A stretch of 10,228 nt of DNA. Source: Methanobacterium sp. GTDB lineage: Archaea > Methanobacteriota > Methanobacteria > Methanobacteriales > Methanobacteriaceae. The position numbers and the translations under genes are program-made. The notes under the pieces are model-generated. The model ran no database searches. It was not told the origin of the DNA and saw only the letters and a list, made by a program, of their open reading frames with translations. Location: the NCBI GenBank assembly GCA_003166335.1, contig PMWA01000066.1, positions 16,674 through 26,901 on the forward strand, read 5' to 3'. Below, in pieces: positions 1 through 7,845 of the stretch (its first letter is position 1; every line of letters starts with the position of its first letter).

Positions 1-357
1 GAATCTGAAGATGGTGAATCACTTCCCTTTGCTAAGGCTGAAGTGGTTAGGTTGATGAAGAAGAATTTATCCCGTGATAAATTAATTCGAGAAAGAGTAA
101 AAGTAGAAATGAATAGATTTTTGGGAGAAGTCTTGGAAAAGGTATGTGAACAACTTAATGAATATCCATACACCACAATTGAATACGAGATGTTGACCGA
201 ATCTATATATCCTTACAAGAATATAGAGAGGATAAACGAGGAAAAACGCCGTATATTAATGCATTTAGATGCTATTAAGGCTGATTGTGATGCTTTAAGT
301 ATGGATGTTAAAAAAAGTTTGAAATTAAAGGATGTGGATGAAGAAGATGAATTCTGA
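1..357 (+). CDS. Histone-fold protein with C-terminal helical/coiled-coil extension and acidic tail (5'-partial)
   Basis: The frame is open from base 1 ([20 protein letters not shown]...), so the GTG at 43 is not the true start. [13 protein letters not shown] resembles the archaeal histone alpha1 start (LP..P..RI.K). It is followed by a long alpha2-like helix ([23 protein letters not shown]) and YTTI at the L2 'RKTI' position. A further helical segment of about 40 aa ends in DVDEEDEF. Stop TGA at 355-357. Confidence 0.65.
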   Translation, partial: ESEDGESLPFAKAEVVRLMKKNLSRDKLIRERVKVEMNRFLGEVLEKVCEQLNEYPYTTIEYEMLTESIYPYKNIERINEEKRRILMHLDAIKADCDALSMDVKKSLKLKDVDEEDEF

Positions 358-454
358 ATTCTTCAATCTATTTCTTAATTAATTTCCAAATTTTTAGGTT
401 TTATTAATATTATAAAAATATTCAGTGAACTTTATATTAAATTTGATTTTATTT

Positions 455-1018
455 TTATTTATCAAAAGTTATAAAGCCTGTTTCAAGATTCTTTATTTCA
501 TCTTCACTTAAAACTGTCTTTATAGCATCCTTATCTTCTATTAAACTGTGTCCAAATGGATCTTCAATTATGATGGTAACGCTGTTCTCTCCATTCTTTA
601 CTTCATCTATTTCCTCAAGTATTCTAACTGCATTCTTCCTTGATTCATCATCTTCAGCCCATGATAGGGCTGTTTTAACAGCGTTTTCAAAACGTTTAAT
701 GACACCTTCAACGTTAGATATGTAACTTTGAGATTGGGGGCCAGGTTCTACTTTAAGACCTAATTCTGGTATTGTGATTGTTGCTGATTGTGATTTAACT
801 ACTCTCACATTTATTTTATTTTTATCAACACTTAAGGAGTATTTAACTGGTTCCTTAATCTCGAGACAAATGGTGTCTGAATGTTTAAATCCACATTCCT
901 GACATTTGACTGTAGATTCCATTATCTCTCCAAAGTAGGGTATTATCTCGGTTTTTGTTTTAACTTCTAGACAACCTTTAATATTACAAACAGGGCAGTC
1001 TGCCATCATTTTACTCAC
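455..1018 (-). CDS. Archaeal ZPR1-type zinc finger protein
   Basis: 187 aa. C4 zinc finger CPVC...CQECG, plus [24 protein letters not shown] and IEDPFGHS motifs typical of the single-module archaeal ZPR1. GTG start with GGAG upstream. A start at one of the two ATGs just downstream is also possible. Confidence 0.93.
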   Translation of the reverse strand: MSKMMADCPVCNIKGCLEVKTKTEIIPYFGEIMESTVKCQECGFKHSDTICLEIKEPVKYSLSVDKNKINVRVVKSQSATITIPELGLKVEPGPQSQSYISNVEGVIKRFENAVKTALSWAEDDESRKNAVRILEEIDEVKNGENSVTIIIEDPFGHSLIEDKDAIKTVLSEDEIKNLETGFITFDK

Positions 1019-1078
1019 TATCTTCTATCTCCAAACCATCCATTCTCTATCAACTTGAACTAATAAAAAAAACTAATT

Positions 1079-2059
1079 CTATTTTTTAAGTTTATCCAAC
1101 AATTTTCCATGATTTTTAAGTAAAAAACCTACTTCATCTAATTCTTTTATCATATTATCCAAGCTTTCCTTATCAGGTGCACATATCTTATGACTGTGTT
1201 CATTATCTGAGAGACTGTAAAGATTTTCCAGATCTTTTTTTCGCTTAGGATTTCCATTTAAACGAGTTATAAAACGCTCGGCTTCAACTGGATCATAGAC
1301 ATTAACATTCCTTTTTAAAGGTTCACCAAAGCCTGGTAGGAAGTATGAAACATCAACTAATCGTCCTCCATATTCATTTATGACTATGTTAATTAGCTTT
1401 TCCAATTCATTTACAGAATTTTTGAAAATCAAAGTTTTACAGATTTCTTTTATTAAACTAAGCATTCTTTTAATAGTATTATCAATATCCAAATTATTTA
1501 TAACTGGAATTCTATGTGCAATAGCTTGCCTCACCAAATAATCATTTATAATTCGGTTTTCCTTGAAATATTCTAAATGTATACCACCACGTTTTATCGC
1601 CATGGCTCTTTTAACGAATCTTTCCTTGTGGACTTCTTCATCAACAGTTAGGATAAAAAAGTGGATATCAGCATCTTCTTTATATTTTTCGGTGTCTATT
1701 AAACCAGGTACTACATGAACACCTTCAATTACTACATCTTCAGAATCTTCAACAGCTATTTTAATAACCTTTTCAATTGCAGGAATAACAAAGGTAGCAT
1801 GTTCTTCGAATCCAGCATCTATCAATCCTTCAGTATTTCCCTCAAAGCGATCTTTATCTCTTAGAGTGATGTAGGCATCGAAAGAGGATTTATGAAGTGC
1901 AGGTGCATATTCCGGTCCTATTATTCCTCTTACTATTTCCCTTATGAAATCTGTCTCGATTATATGTGTAATTCCCAGTTTTTTAGCTAATTCAGACGCT
2001 ATAGTTGATTTCCCAATGCCTGAGGCACTGCCTATTAGGATTACGTATGGTTTTCTCAA
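1079..2059 (-). CDS. 2-phosphoglycerate kinase-like P-loop kinase with C-terminal 3H-like domain
   Basis: Walker [11 protein letters not shown], then [16 protein letters not shown] and IEGVHVVPG, matching the 2-PG-kinase family core. The C-terminal ~110 aa has an [13 protein letters not shown] segment resembling the 3H domain HxH motif. I moved the start from 2089 to the in-frame TTG at 2059 because GGGGG lies 8 nt upstream of it (aagggggaaactcca-TTG). Confidence 0.8.
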   Translation of the reverse strand: MRKPYVILIGSASGIGKSTIASELAKKLGITHIIETDFIREIVRGIIGPEYAPALHKSSFDAYITLRDKDRFEGNTEGLIDAGFEEHATFVIPAIEKVIKIAVEDSEDVVIEGVHVVPGLIDTEKYKEDADIHFFILTVDEEVHKERFVKRAMAIKRGGIHLEYFKENRIINDYLVRQAIAHRIPVINNLDIDNTIKRMLSLIKEICKTLIFKNSVNELEKLINIVINEYGGRLVDVSYFLPGFGEPLKRNVNVYDPVEAERFITRLNGNPKRKKDLENLYSLSDNEHSHKICAPDKESLDNMIKELDEVGFLLKNHGKLLDKLKK

Positions 2060-2516
2060 TGGAGTTTCCCCCTTAACGTATAGTTTCAATAGATAATAAA
2101 ATAATTATTTTTGTAATATCAATCTGTTAAAATCGTAACTAACATTTATATTTCTTTAATATTATAAAATCTTAATTATTGGTAAAAAAACCCATCAAGT
2201 ATAAATTTTATCATTTGTTGGATTTTAAATTAAACTTAAACTATTGGTTTTGTTAATACAACCTTCAAATAACTTTTTTATTTGCATTAAAAAAGTTTAC
2301 ATAATTCATGTTTCTGTGAAATAACGAAATACAATTTCAACTGTAAAAAAAATCCATAAAAACCCATTATTTCACATGTATGATGGATGTAAACCTACTA
2401 AACCTGAAAATTTAACCGAATGATGTTGTATTAAGAAGAATAATATAATTTGATGGATTTTAAATAAAAAATGCAGAATATAAGAAATCTTCCAGTTATT
2501 ATTTTATTTATTAAAT

Positions 2517-2562
2517 AAAGTTTATATTGACTATTATTAGAATCAAGTGAATAGTTTGGGGG
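2517..2562 (+). promoter_or_regulatory. Putative BRE/TATA box and RBS of the Ntn-hydrolase gene
   Basis: Purine-rich AAAG followed by TTTATA at 2521-2526, about 45-50 nt upstream of ATG 2571. GGGGG at 2558-2562 lies 8 nt before the start. The AT-rich background weakens the TATA call. Confidence 0.45.
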
Positions 2563-2570
2563 TTTAAAAC

Positions 2571-3560
2571 ATGACTCTAGTTTTGAATACAACTACGGCT
2601 GAAGGAATTGTATTAGCTGCAGATAGTAGACAATCGTATCGTAATCAAAAAGGTATGGCTCGAATTGGTAGTGATAATGCTTCAAAGCTTTTTCAAATGA
2701 ATAGAAGAATTGGTGTTGCTGTAACAGGATTGGCATTTTTACCGGAAAATGATGTAGCCAAAAATATAAGTAAATTTATTGATGAATTTAAACTCGACTC
2801 TAAAATCCAATCTGAGGAATTAGATGTTAAAGATGTAACTGAGAAGTTGTATGAACTTTTTAATGATAAATACAAATGGAAAGAACAACTTGAACAATTA
2901 AAACAAAATGTTAAATCTGACCTTACACCAAAAGGTTGTGAACTTAAAGAATTTAAAGAAGAAAATAATATTTTGAAATTCCGTTTTAAAACTCCTCAAG
3001 GAAATATAGAAGAAAGTTTAGTTACATTAGATATTATAGAGATCTTAGTTGCCGGCTATAATAATGACGGTTCCCACCAAGTTTACAGTATTAGAATCCC
3101 AGGAGAAATTAATTTACTTAGGAATAGTAACCAGAAAAATAATGAATACGGTAGTAGTTGGCTAGGGCAGGTAGATGTTGTTTCTAGAATCGTTCTTGGT
3201 TATGATGGCAGAATTGTTAATGTGCCATTCGTTAAAGATGCCATTGTAACTAGTGGTAATGATCAAATATCCACACAATTGCAAGGATTAGAATATTTAA
3301 TTCAATGGGGTACTATGACATTACAAGACGCTATGGATTATTGTAGGTTGATGATCCAAACCACTTCAGCAATTCAAAGATTTTCTGATGGTATTAGAGC
3401 AGATCCAGGAGATATGCCCGGAGTTGGAGGCCCTATAGATATAGCTGTAATAACACCAGACAAAGGGTTTGTTTGGATCAATAAAAAGAAACTAAAATTC
3501 GATGATACAATAGTTGATTTAGAAAAACAAGAAGAGTTAACAAACAAATCAAACAACTGA
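2571..3560 (+). CDS. Proteasome beta-subunit/HslV-like Ntn hydrolase, uncharacterised family
   Basis: 329 aa. After Met removal it reads Thr1...GIVLAAD17-S-R19. K38 (SKLF) and G52 (GVAVTG) match proteasome K33 and G47 with a constant 5-residue offset. ILVAGY strand and C-terminal GVGGPIDIAVIT are present. No propeptide. Confidence 0.8.
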   Translation: MTLVLNTTTAEGIVLAADSRQSYRNQKGMARIGSDNASKLFQMNRRIGVAVTGLAFLPENDVAKNISKFIDEFKLDSKIQSEELDVKDVTEKLYELFNDKYKWKEQLEQLKQNVKSDLTPKGCELKEFKEENNILKFRFKTPQGNIEESLVTLDIIEILVAGYNNDGSHQVYSIRIPGEINLLRNSNQKNNEYGSSWLGQVDVVSRIVLGYDGRIVNVPFVKDAIVTSGNDQISTQLQGLEYLIQWGTMTLQDAMDYCRLMIQTTSAIQRFSDGIRADPGDMPGVGGPIDIAVITPDKGFVWINKKKLKFDDTIVDLEKQEELTNKSNN

Positions 3561-3566
3561 ATAATA

Positions 3567-3584
3567 TTTTTTTAAAATTTTTTT
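3567..3584 (+). terminator. Oligo-T archaeal terminator candidate
   Basis: T7-A4-T7 run starting 7 nt after the stop codon at 3560. Confidence 0.5.
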
Positions 3585-3767
3585 ATTTCTAATTAGGCGA
3601 AAATGAGATTATAAAAAACTGTCAATTTGACTGGTGCTGGTCATTAAGACTATTTTTATATATTCTGAAAAAAATCCCACAAATGTAATTCATCACCTGG
3701 GCGATACATTAGATCTGGGATGGAATCCTACTAAAAAAATTGTTTTATTTAAAAAAAGTGGTTTTTT

Positions 3768-4115
3768 TTAAGTTAGAAAATCAACCACTCTTTCAGCACT
3801 TCTTCTCATCTCAATCCGTATTAACCCTAAATTTATTTCTATATCAGTTATAACCACCAGTATACCTTCACCAGCATCAATCATAAGAGTTTTACCTTTG
3901 TTTCCCTCAATCATGACCTGTTGCAGTGGTTCATGTTTCATCTCCTCTGCAGATCTTTCAGCTGTACCAAAAACAGCAGATGACATCGCTGCCACTAATT
4001 CAGAGTCTACATCTGACGATACTTCACTTTCTATAATTAATCCATCTTTCCCTACCACAAGGGATCCGTTAACCCCATTAATTCTACCTAAATCTTTAAG
4101 TACTCTATCTATCAT
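3768..4115 (-). CDS. Roadblock/LC7 (MglB-like) domain protein
   Basis: 115 aa. [42 protein letters not shown] and [11 protein letters not shown] follow the Roadblock/LC7 pattern. GGAGG RBS on the - strand at 4126-4122. Confidence 0.93.
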   Translation of the reverse strand: MIDRVLKDLGRINGVNGSLVVGKDGLIIESEVSSDVDSELVAAMSSAVFGTAERSAEEMKHEPLQQVMIEGNKGKTLMIDAGEGILVVITDIEINLGLIRIEMRRSAERVVDFLT

Positions 4116-4253
4116 ACTAAGCCTCCAAATAGAATTAGATTCTAACCCTTATTAAATAGTTTATACCAATAGTATATATCATGGTTTGATATTTATTAAA
4201 TAAATATATAATGAATATCCCATTGATATATCACTAACAATAGGAGTGATTTT
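4116..4253. promoter_or_regulatory. Divergent promoter region between the roadblock gene and the DUF1611-sepF cluster
   Basis: 138-bp AT-rich spacer between divergent starts, with an RBS at each end (GGAGG on -, GGAGTGA on +). It has several TATA-like hexamers and an inverted repeat ATATTTAT-taa-ATAAATAT at 4189-4207. Confidence 0.55.
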
Positions 4254-5321
4254 TTGTATTTTATTAGTTCGGTAGAAGACTTACAAGATCTCAACCCATT
4301 CATAGTAATTGGCTGCGGAGGAGGAGGAGAAAAATTTGCCAATTTTGAAGGAGTGAAGGCTATTGGCTTCATCGATGACGATAAAACAAAACACGGTTTA
4401 AAATTCTGTAATAAAACAATATATCCAGATCTAAATCAGCTCATCCAAGAAACAGATGCTCGAAGTGTAGCCATTATGCTTCCCATTGGAGCTGAAGGAA
4501 CCGCACTTAAATATGCAGTGCAGGGCATAGACAAAGGTAAAAATGTGGTTACATCCTTCCGATCTCTTCCACTTAACTTAAATCCATCCCTCACAAAGTT
4601 TGCCAAAGATAAAAATGTTGTCATAAAAGAGATCAGTCCCCGTTTAGATGTTATTAGAAAGATATTTGGAACAGGACCATCCCAATGCACTGAAATCCTA
4701 CCTAAATTGAAGTATAAACCTAAAAAACCTGTAATTTTTGTAGGCGGAACATCCCAAGAATGTGGTAAAAGAACTACCACTAGAATATTAGGAAAAACTG
4801 CTCAAGAGATGGGTTTAAAGTCAGTTGTAATCTCCACGGATGAACTAGGACTTGAAGGACCAGTAGACGTGAATTTTAGAGCAGGTAGTCTCTCTGTTAT
4901 GGATGTAGCTTCTGCGGTTATGGGAACAATTAGGTATATGGAAGAACATAAAAATCCGGATATAATATTTGTAGAGGGACAATCCAGCCTCACTGAAGAT
5001 AATAATCCTCATCCACGAGGTCTTTCAGCAGCGATAATGGTTGGAGCTCAACCTAATGCTACGATAGTATGTCATCGACCTAATCACCCCTATCGTTACC
5101 CCAGAGGCATAGAATATGAAATAAGAGCCATAGAAGCTGTTGAACCCACAAAAGTAGTTGGAATTTCTCTTAACCTTAGGAATGTTAAAAATAAGAGTGA
5201 ATTAAAGAACTTCCAAGAAAAATATGATTTACCTGTCGCGGATATTAAGAATGGAGGAGCATTCATATTATTGAATAAAATTATTGATCATTTAGGGATA
5301 AAATTCCAGAGTATTAAATAA
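4254..5321 (+). CDS. DUF1611-family protein (N-terminal Rossmann-like domain plus C-terminal P-loop domain)
   Basis: 355 aa, TTG start after GGAGTGA. N-terminal IVIGCGGGG...GFIDDD is Rossmann-like. The P-loop [12 protein letters not shown] resembles the family's [19 protein letters not shown] and [12 protein letters not shown] are characteristic of DUF1611. Confidence 0.85.
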   Translation: MYFISSVEDLQDLNPFIVIGCGGGGEKFANFEGVKAIGFIDDDKTKHGLKFCNKTIYPDLNQLIQETDARSVAIMLPIGAEGTALKYAVQGIDKGKNVVTSFRSLPLNLNPSLTKFAKDKNVVIKEISPRLDVIRKIFGTGPSQCTEILPKLKYKPKKPVIFVGGTSQECGKRTTTRILGKTAQEMGLKSVVISTDELGLEGPVDVNFRAGSLSVMDVASAVMGTIRYMEEHKNPDIIFVEGQSSLTEDNNPHPRGLSAAIMVGAQPNATIVCHRPNHPYRYPRGIEYEIRAIEAVEPTKVVGISLNLRNVKNKSELKNFQEKYDLPVADIKNGGAFILLNKIIDHLGIKFQSIK

Positions 5322-5349
5322 ATTTTGATCAATTGAGGGGATTTTTAGA

Positions 5350-5703
5350 ATGAAGGATATAATGGATTATCTAAAAAAAAATCTTGGGTTGGAAGATGTA
5401 CACACGAATAAAGAAGAAGAAACTATAATAGTTCCTGAACACTCTTTCTATGAAATAATTTTAATGAAAATAAAGAATCTGGATGATTTTATCGATGCTT
5501 TACGTCATATAGAAGAAGAGAAAAATCCGATAATAATGGATTTAAGTCACTTCGAAAGAGATGTTCCAGAAGATTTCAGTACTGCAGGAGAAAAACTTAA
5601 AGCCTTCAGAGATAGAACTGGCGGTGAAGCAATATTACTCTGTAAAAATGGTAAGAATATTATAATTATAACTCCTCCTGAAATTAAACTTATAAGAAAA
5701 TGA
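5350..5703 (+). CDS. sepF: Cell division protein SepF (FtsZ membrane anchor)
   Basis: 117 aa. N-terminal amphipathic helix [14 protein letters not shown], short linker, then SepF core [11 protein letters not shown]...NPIIMDLS...AGEKLK...GGEAILL...NIIIITP. From memory this closely resembles Methanobrevibacter smithii SepF. RBS GAGGGG. Confidence 0.88.
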   Translation: MKDIMDYLKKNLGLEDVHTNKEEETIIVPEHSFYEIILMKIKNLDDFIDALRHIEEEKNPIIMDLSHFERDVPEDFSTAGEKLKAFRDRTGGEAILLCKNGKNIIIITPPEIKLIRK

Positions 5704-5812
5704 GTAATTAATATAATATAAGATATATTAACGTATTATAAAATGTTATTTTATCATTATTCTAAATTTAATTAAAAATTTTTTTATACATAATTTTATT
5801 AGAGGAAAAATA

Positions 5813-6976
5813 ATGGAAATGCCTATCATCAGTCCTTCTATAGTTTCTTACGCTGATGAATTAAATTTTAATCAGCTTTTAGAGGATCTGTTGAAGAATA
5901 AACATAATGGATTTATAAGAGTTACATCAGGTTCTTATGAAGGTTACATATTATTTAAAAATGGCAATCAAGTTGCCGCCTCATATGATAAATATTCCAA
6001 ATTAGAAGCCGTTGAAAGTATTAAATCTATTATAAAGGAGAATGATACTCTTATTGAAGTTTTTAATTTAAAAGAATCTCCTGTTGATTATCTTATTAAT
6101 GTAAACAAACCATATTTAATTGAATCAGGTAATGATGTATACGATGTTCTGAATGAATTAAAAAAATCAGATCATGACGAAATTGAGAACCCCAATAGTC
6201 ATGCAGAAACAAAATCTTCAAGAAAAAAACTAGAAAGTGAATCTGAAATCACTGAAGAGTCTAATACAGAAACTACACAATATATTCCAAAACCTTTAAA
6301 CAATGAACCAAAACCCACCCAAAAACAAACAATTCAACAAACAGAAGCATCTAATGAAGATAAACCTAAATTTACTTTAGAAAACGAGTCTAAAATTGAA
6401 TTATCAAATTCTGAAGTTAAATTAAAACAATCCAATCCATCAAATACAGAAAAAATTTTAGTTGATGACTCAACATATTCTAACGAATCCCCATCTGAAA
6501 AAGAAATTCAAATCCAAAAAGATGCAGTTGAAGATATTGAAAAAAAATCCACCATTGAAGATGAATCTATTGATCGCTCCACTCTTTTAAAAAAATATGG
6601 TATTAAAGAAATAAATGAAACCGATGTGGAAAATATTTTATATTCCTATAAAGGTGGATCCATAGATGATAATGACGTGGAAAAAATAGAACTAACTCTT
6701 ATGAATAAAATTAAAAAATCAATACTAGGTATACCTAAAATTATGAGTGCAGAAGTTCTAGTATTCCTTGACAATACCCATGAACTCTCAGGAAACACTA
6801 ATATTATCATAGAGCATGAGTCTAAAGGATTTTTCTCGAGAATGATAGGTGAATCAAGAGATACTGAAAATTTAAGACGACAAATTATAAATATTGCACA
6901 AATAGAAATAAAAAAGAGTTTCAGAAAATATCCTGAAATTATAAACAACTTTGAAATAAATGTAGAGATCAATTAG
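5813..6976 (+). CDS. DUF2226-like protein: N-terminal globular domain, long low-complexity linker, C-terminal globular domain
   Basis: 387 aa. N-terminal HNGFIRVTSGSYEGYILFKNGNQVAASY fits the DUF2226 (PATAN/DUF4388-like) GxIRV...EGYIxFxxG pattern. Residues ~118-253 are E/S/N/K/T-rich. The last ~130 aa look folded. GAGG RBS. Confidence 0.72.
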   Translation: MEMPIISPSIVSYADELNFNQLLEDLLKNKHNGFIRVTSGSYEGYILFKNGNQVAASYDKYSKLEAVESIKSIIKENDTLIEVFNLKESPVDYLINVNKPYLIESGNDVYDVLNELKKSDHDEIENPNSHAETKSSRKKLESESEITEESNTETTQYIPKPLNNEPKPTQKQTIQQTEASNEDKPKFTLENESKIELSNSEVKLKQSNPSNTEKILVDDSTYSNESPSEKEIQIQKDAVEDIEKKSTIEDESIDRSTLLKKYGIKEINETDVENILYSYKGGSIDDNDVEKIELTLMNKIKKSILGIPKIMSAEVLVFLDNTHELSGNTNIIIEHESKGFFSRMIGESRDTENLRRQIINIAQIEIKKSFRKYPEIINNFEINVEIN

Positions 6977-6988
6977 GGGGAATATTAT

Positions 6989-7768
6989 TTGACAAGAGTT
7001 ATAGCAGTTGCTTCTGGAAAGGGTGGAGTGGGAAAAACCACCATAACTGCTAATTTAGGAGTAGCTTTATCCACCTATGGAGAAGAAACATTAGTATTGG
7101 ATGCCGATGTGGCCATGGCTAACTTAGAACTGATTTTAGGGATGGAAGGTAAGTCAGTAACTCTGCACGATGTGCTTTCCGGAGATGCAGAAATCGAAGA
7201 AGCTGTATATGAGGGTCCCGGTGGGGTGAAAGTTGTCCCAGCAGGTATATCCTTGGAAGGTCTTCGGAAAATTAAATTAGACAGACTAGAGAATGCATTA
7301 TCGAAATTGGTTCAAAATGTGGATATACTTTTAATAGATGCACCTGCAGGCCTGGAAAAAGATGCCTTAGCAGCTATAGCTGCTGCTCAGGAAATGATTC
7401 TAGTCACAACACCCGAAGTTCCATCCATTAGTGATGCACTTAAAACTAAAATCGTGGCCAATAAATTAGGAGTAGAAATCACAGGAGTGGTAATAAATCG
7501 GGAGATGCACGATAAAACATTTTTAACCATAAATGAGATTGAAACCATACTAGAAGTTCCCGTGATAGCAGTTATTCCGGACGATCCGGAAGTGAGTCGA
7601 GCAGCCGCTTTTGGAGAAGCATTAGTTGTTAGGAATCCTAAATCACCTACCAGTAACGCTATAATGCAGTTAGCTGCGGATTTAATTGGAGAAAATTATC
7701 AACCTATTGAACCCGATAAGAAGAGTATAATCGCTAAATTAGTGGAAGGTCTTTTAGGTCGTAGATAA
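6989..7768 (+). CDS. minD: Archaeal cell division ATPase MinD
   Basis: 259 aa. Deviant Walker [11 protein letters not shown], switch [10 protein letters not shown], Walker [13 protein letters not shown], and C-terminal amphipathic helix [19 protein letters not shown] start, with a GGGGG RBS overlapping the upstream TAG stop. Confidence 0.95.
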   Translation: MTRVIAVASGKGGVGKTTITANLGVALSTYGEETLVLDADVAMANLELILGMEGKSVTLHDVLSGDAEIEEAVYEGPGGVKVVPAGISLEGLRKIKLDRLENALSKLVQNVDILLIDAPAGLEKDALAAIAAAQEMILVTTPEVPSISDALKTKIVANKLGVEITGVVINREMHDKTFLTINEIETILEVPVIAVIPDDPEVSRAAAFGEALVVRNPKSPTSNAIMQLAADLIGENYQPIEPDKKSIIAKLVEGLLGRR

Positions 7769-7845
7769 TTAAAAAAAAATATAGAATTCAAATAGGAATA
7801 TTTTTTTACAACCCATTCTATGAATAGATATAAAATGGTTTAAAA

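Noticed and set aside
2060..2089. ORF-track start at 2089 for the kinase-3H gene
   Set aside because: The extension contains the GGGGG RBS positioned for TTG 2059, and the family-like sequence begins at RKPYVILIG.
2376..2423. 15-codon ORF MYDGCKPTKPENLTE
   Set aside because: No RBS, and too short to distinguish from chance.
2380..2430. Possible C/D-box sRNA (ATGATGG...CTGA...ATGATGT)
   Set aside because: Both C-like boxes are imperfect, the spacing is longer than typical, and no terminal D box follows.
2693..3556. Antisense ORFs 2693-2875 and 3374-3556 (60 aa each)
   Set aside because: They lie entirely within the Ntn-hydrolase gene on the opposite strand, with Ser/Ile/Phe-rich shadow composition and no motifs.
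2571..3560. Calling this gene psmB, hslV, Anbu or Connectase
   Set aside because: Its length, insertions, lack of propeptide, loss of the GSG motif and N-terminal sequence do not fit these well enough by eye, so no gene symbol was assigned.
3898..4155. 85-aa + strand ORF
   Set aside because: Antisense shadow of the well-supported roadblock gene.
4436..4993. Antisense ORFs 4436-4780 and 4802-4993
   Set aside because: Shadows of the DUF1611 gene with no recognisable features.
6165..6570. Tandem repeat in the DUF2226-like linker
   Set aside because: Low-complexity composition only, with no discernible repeat unit.
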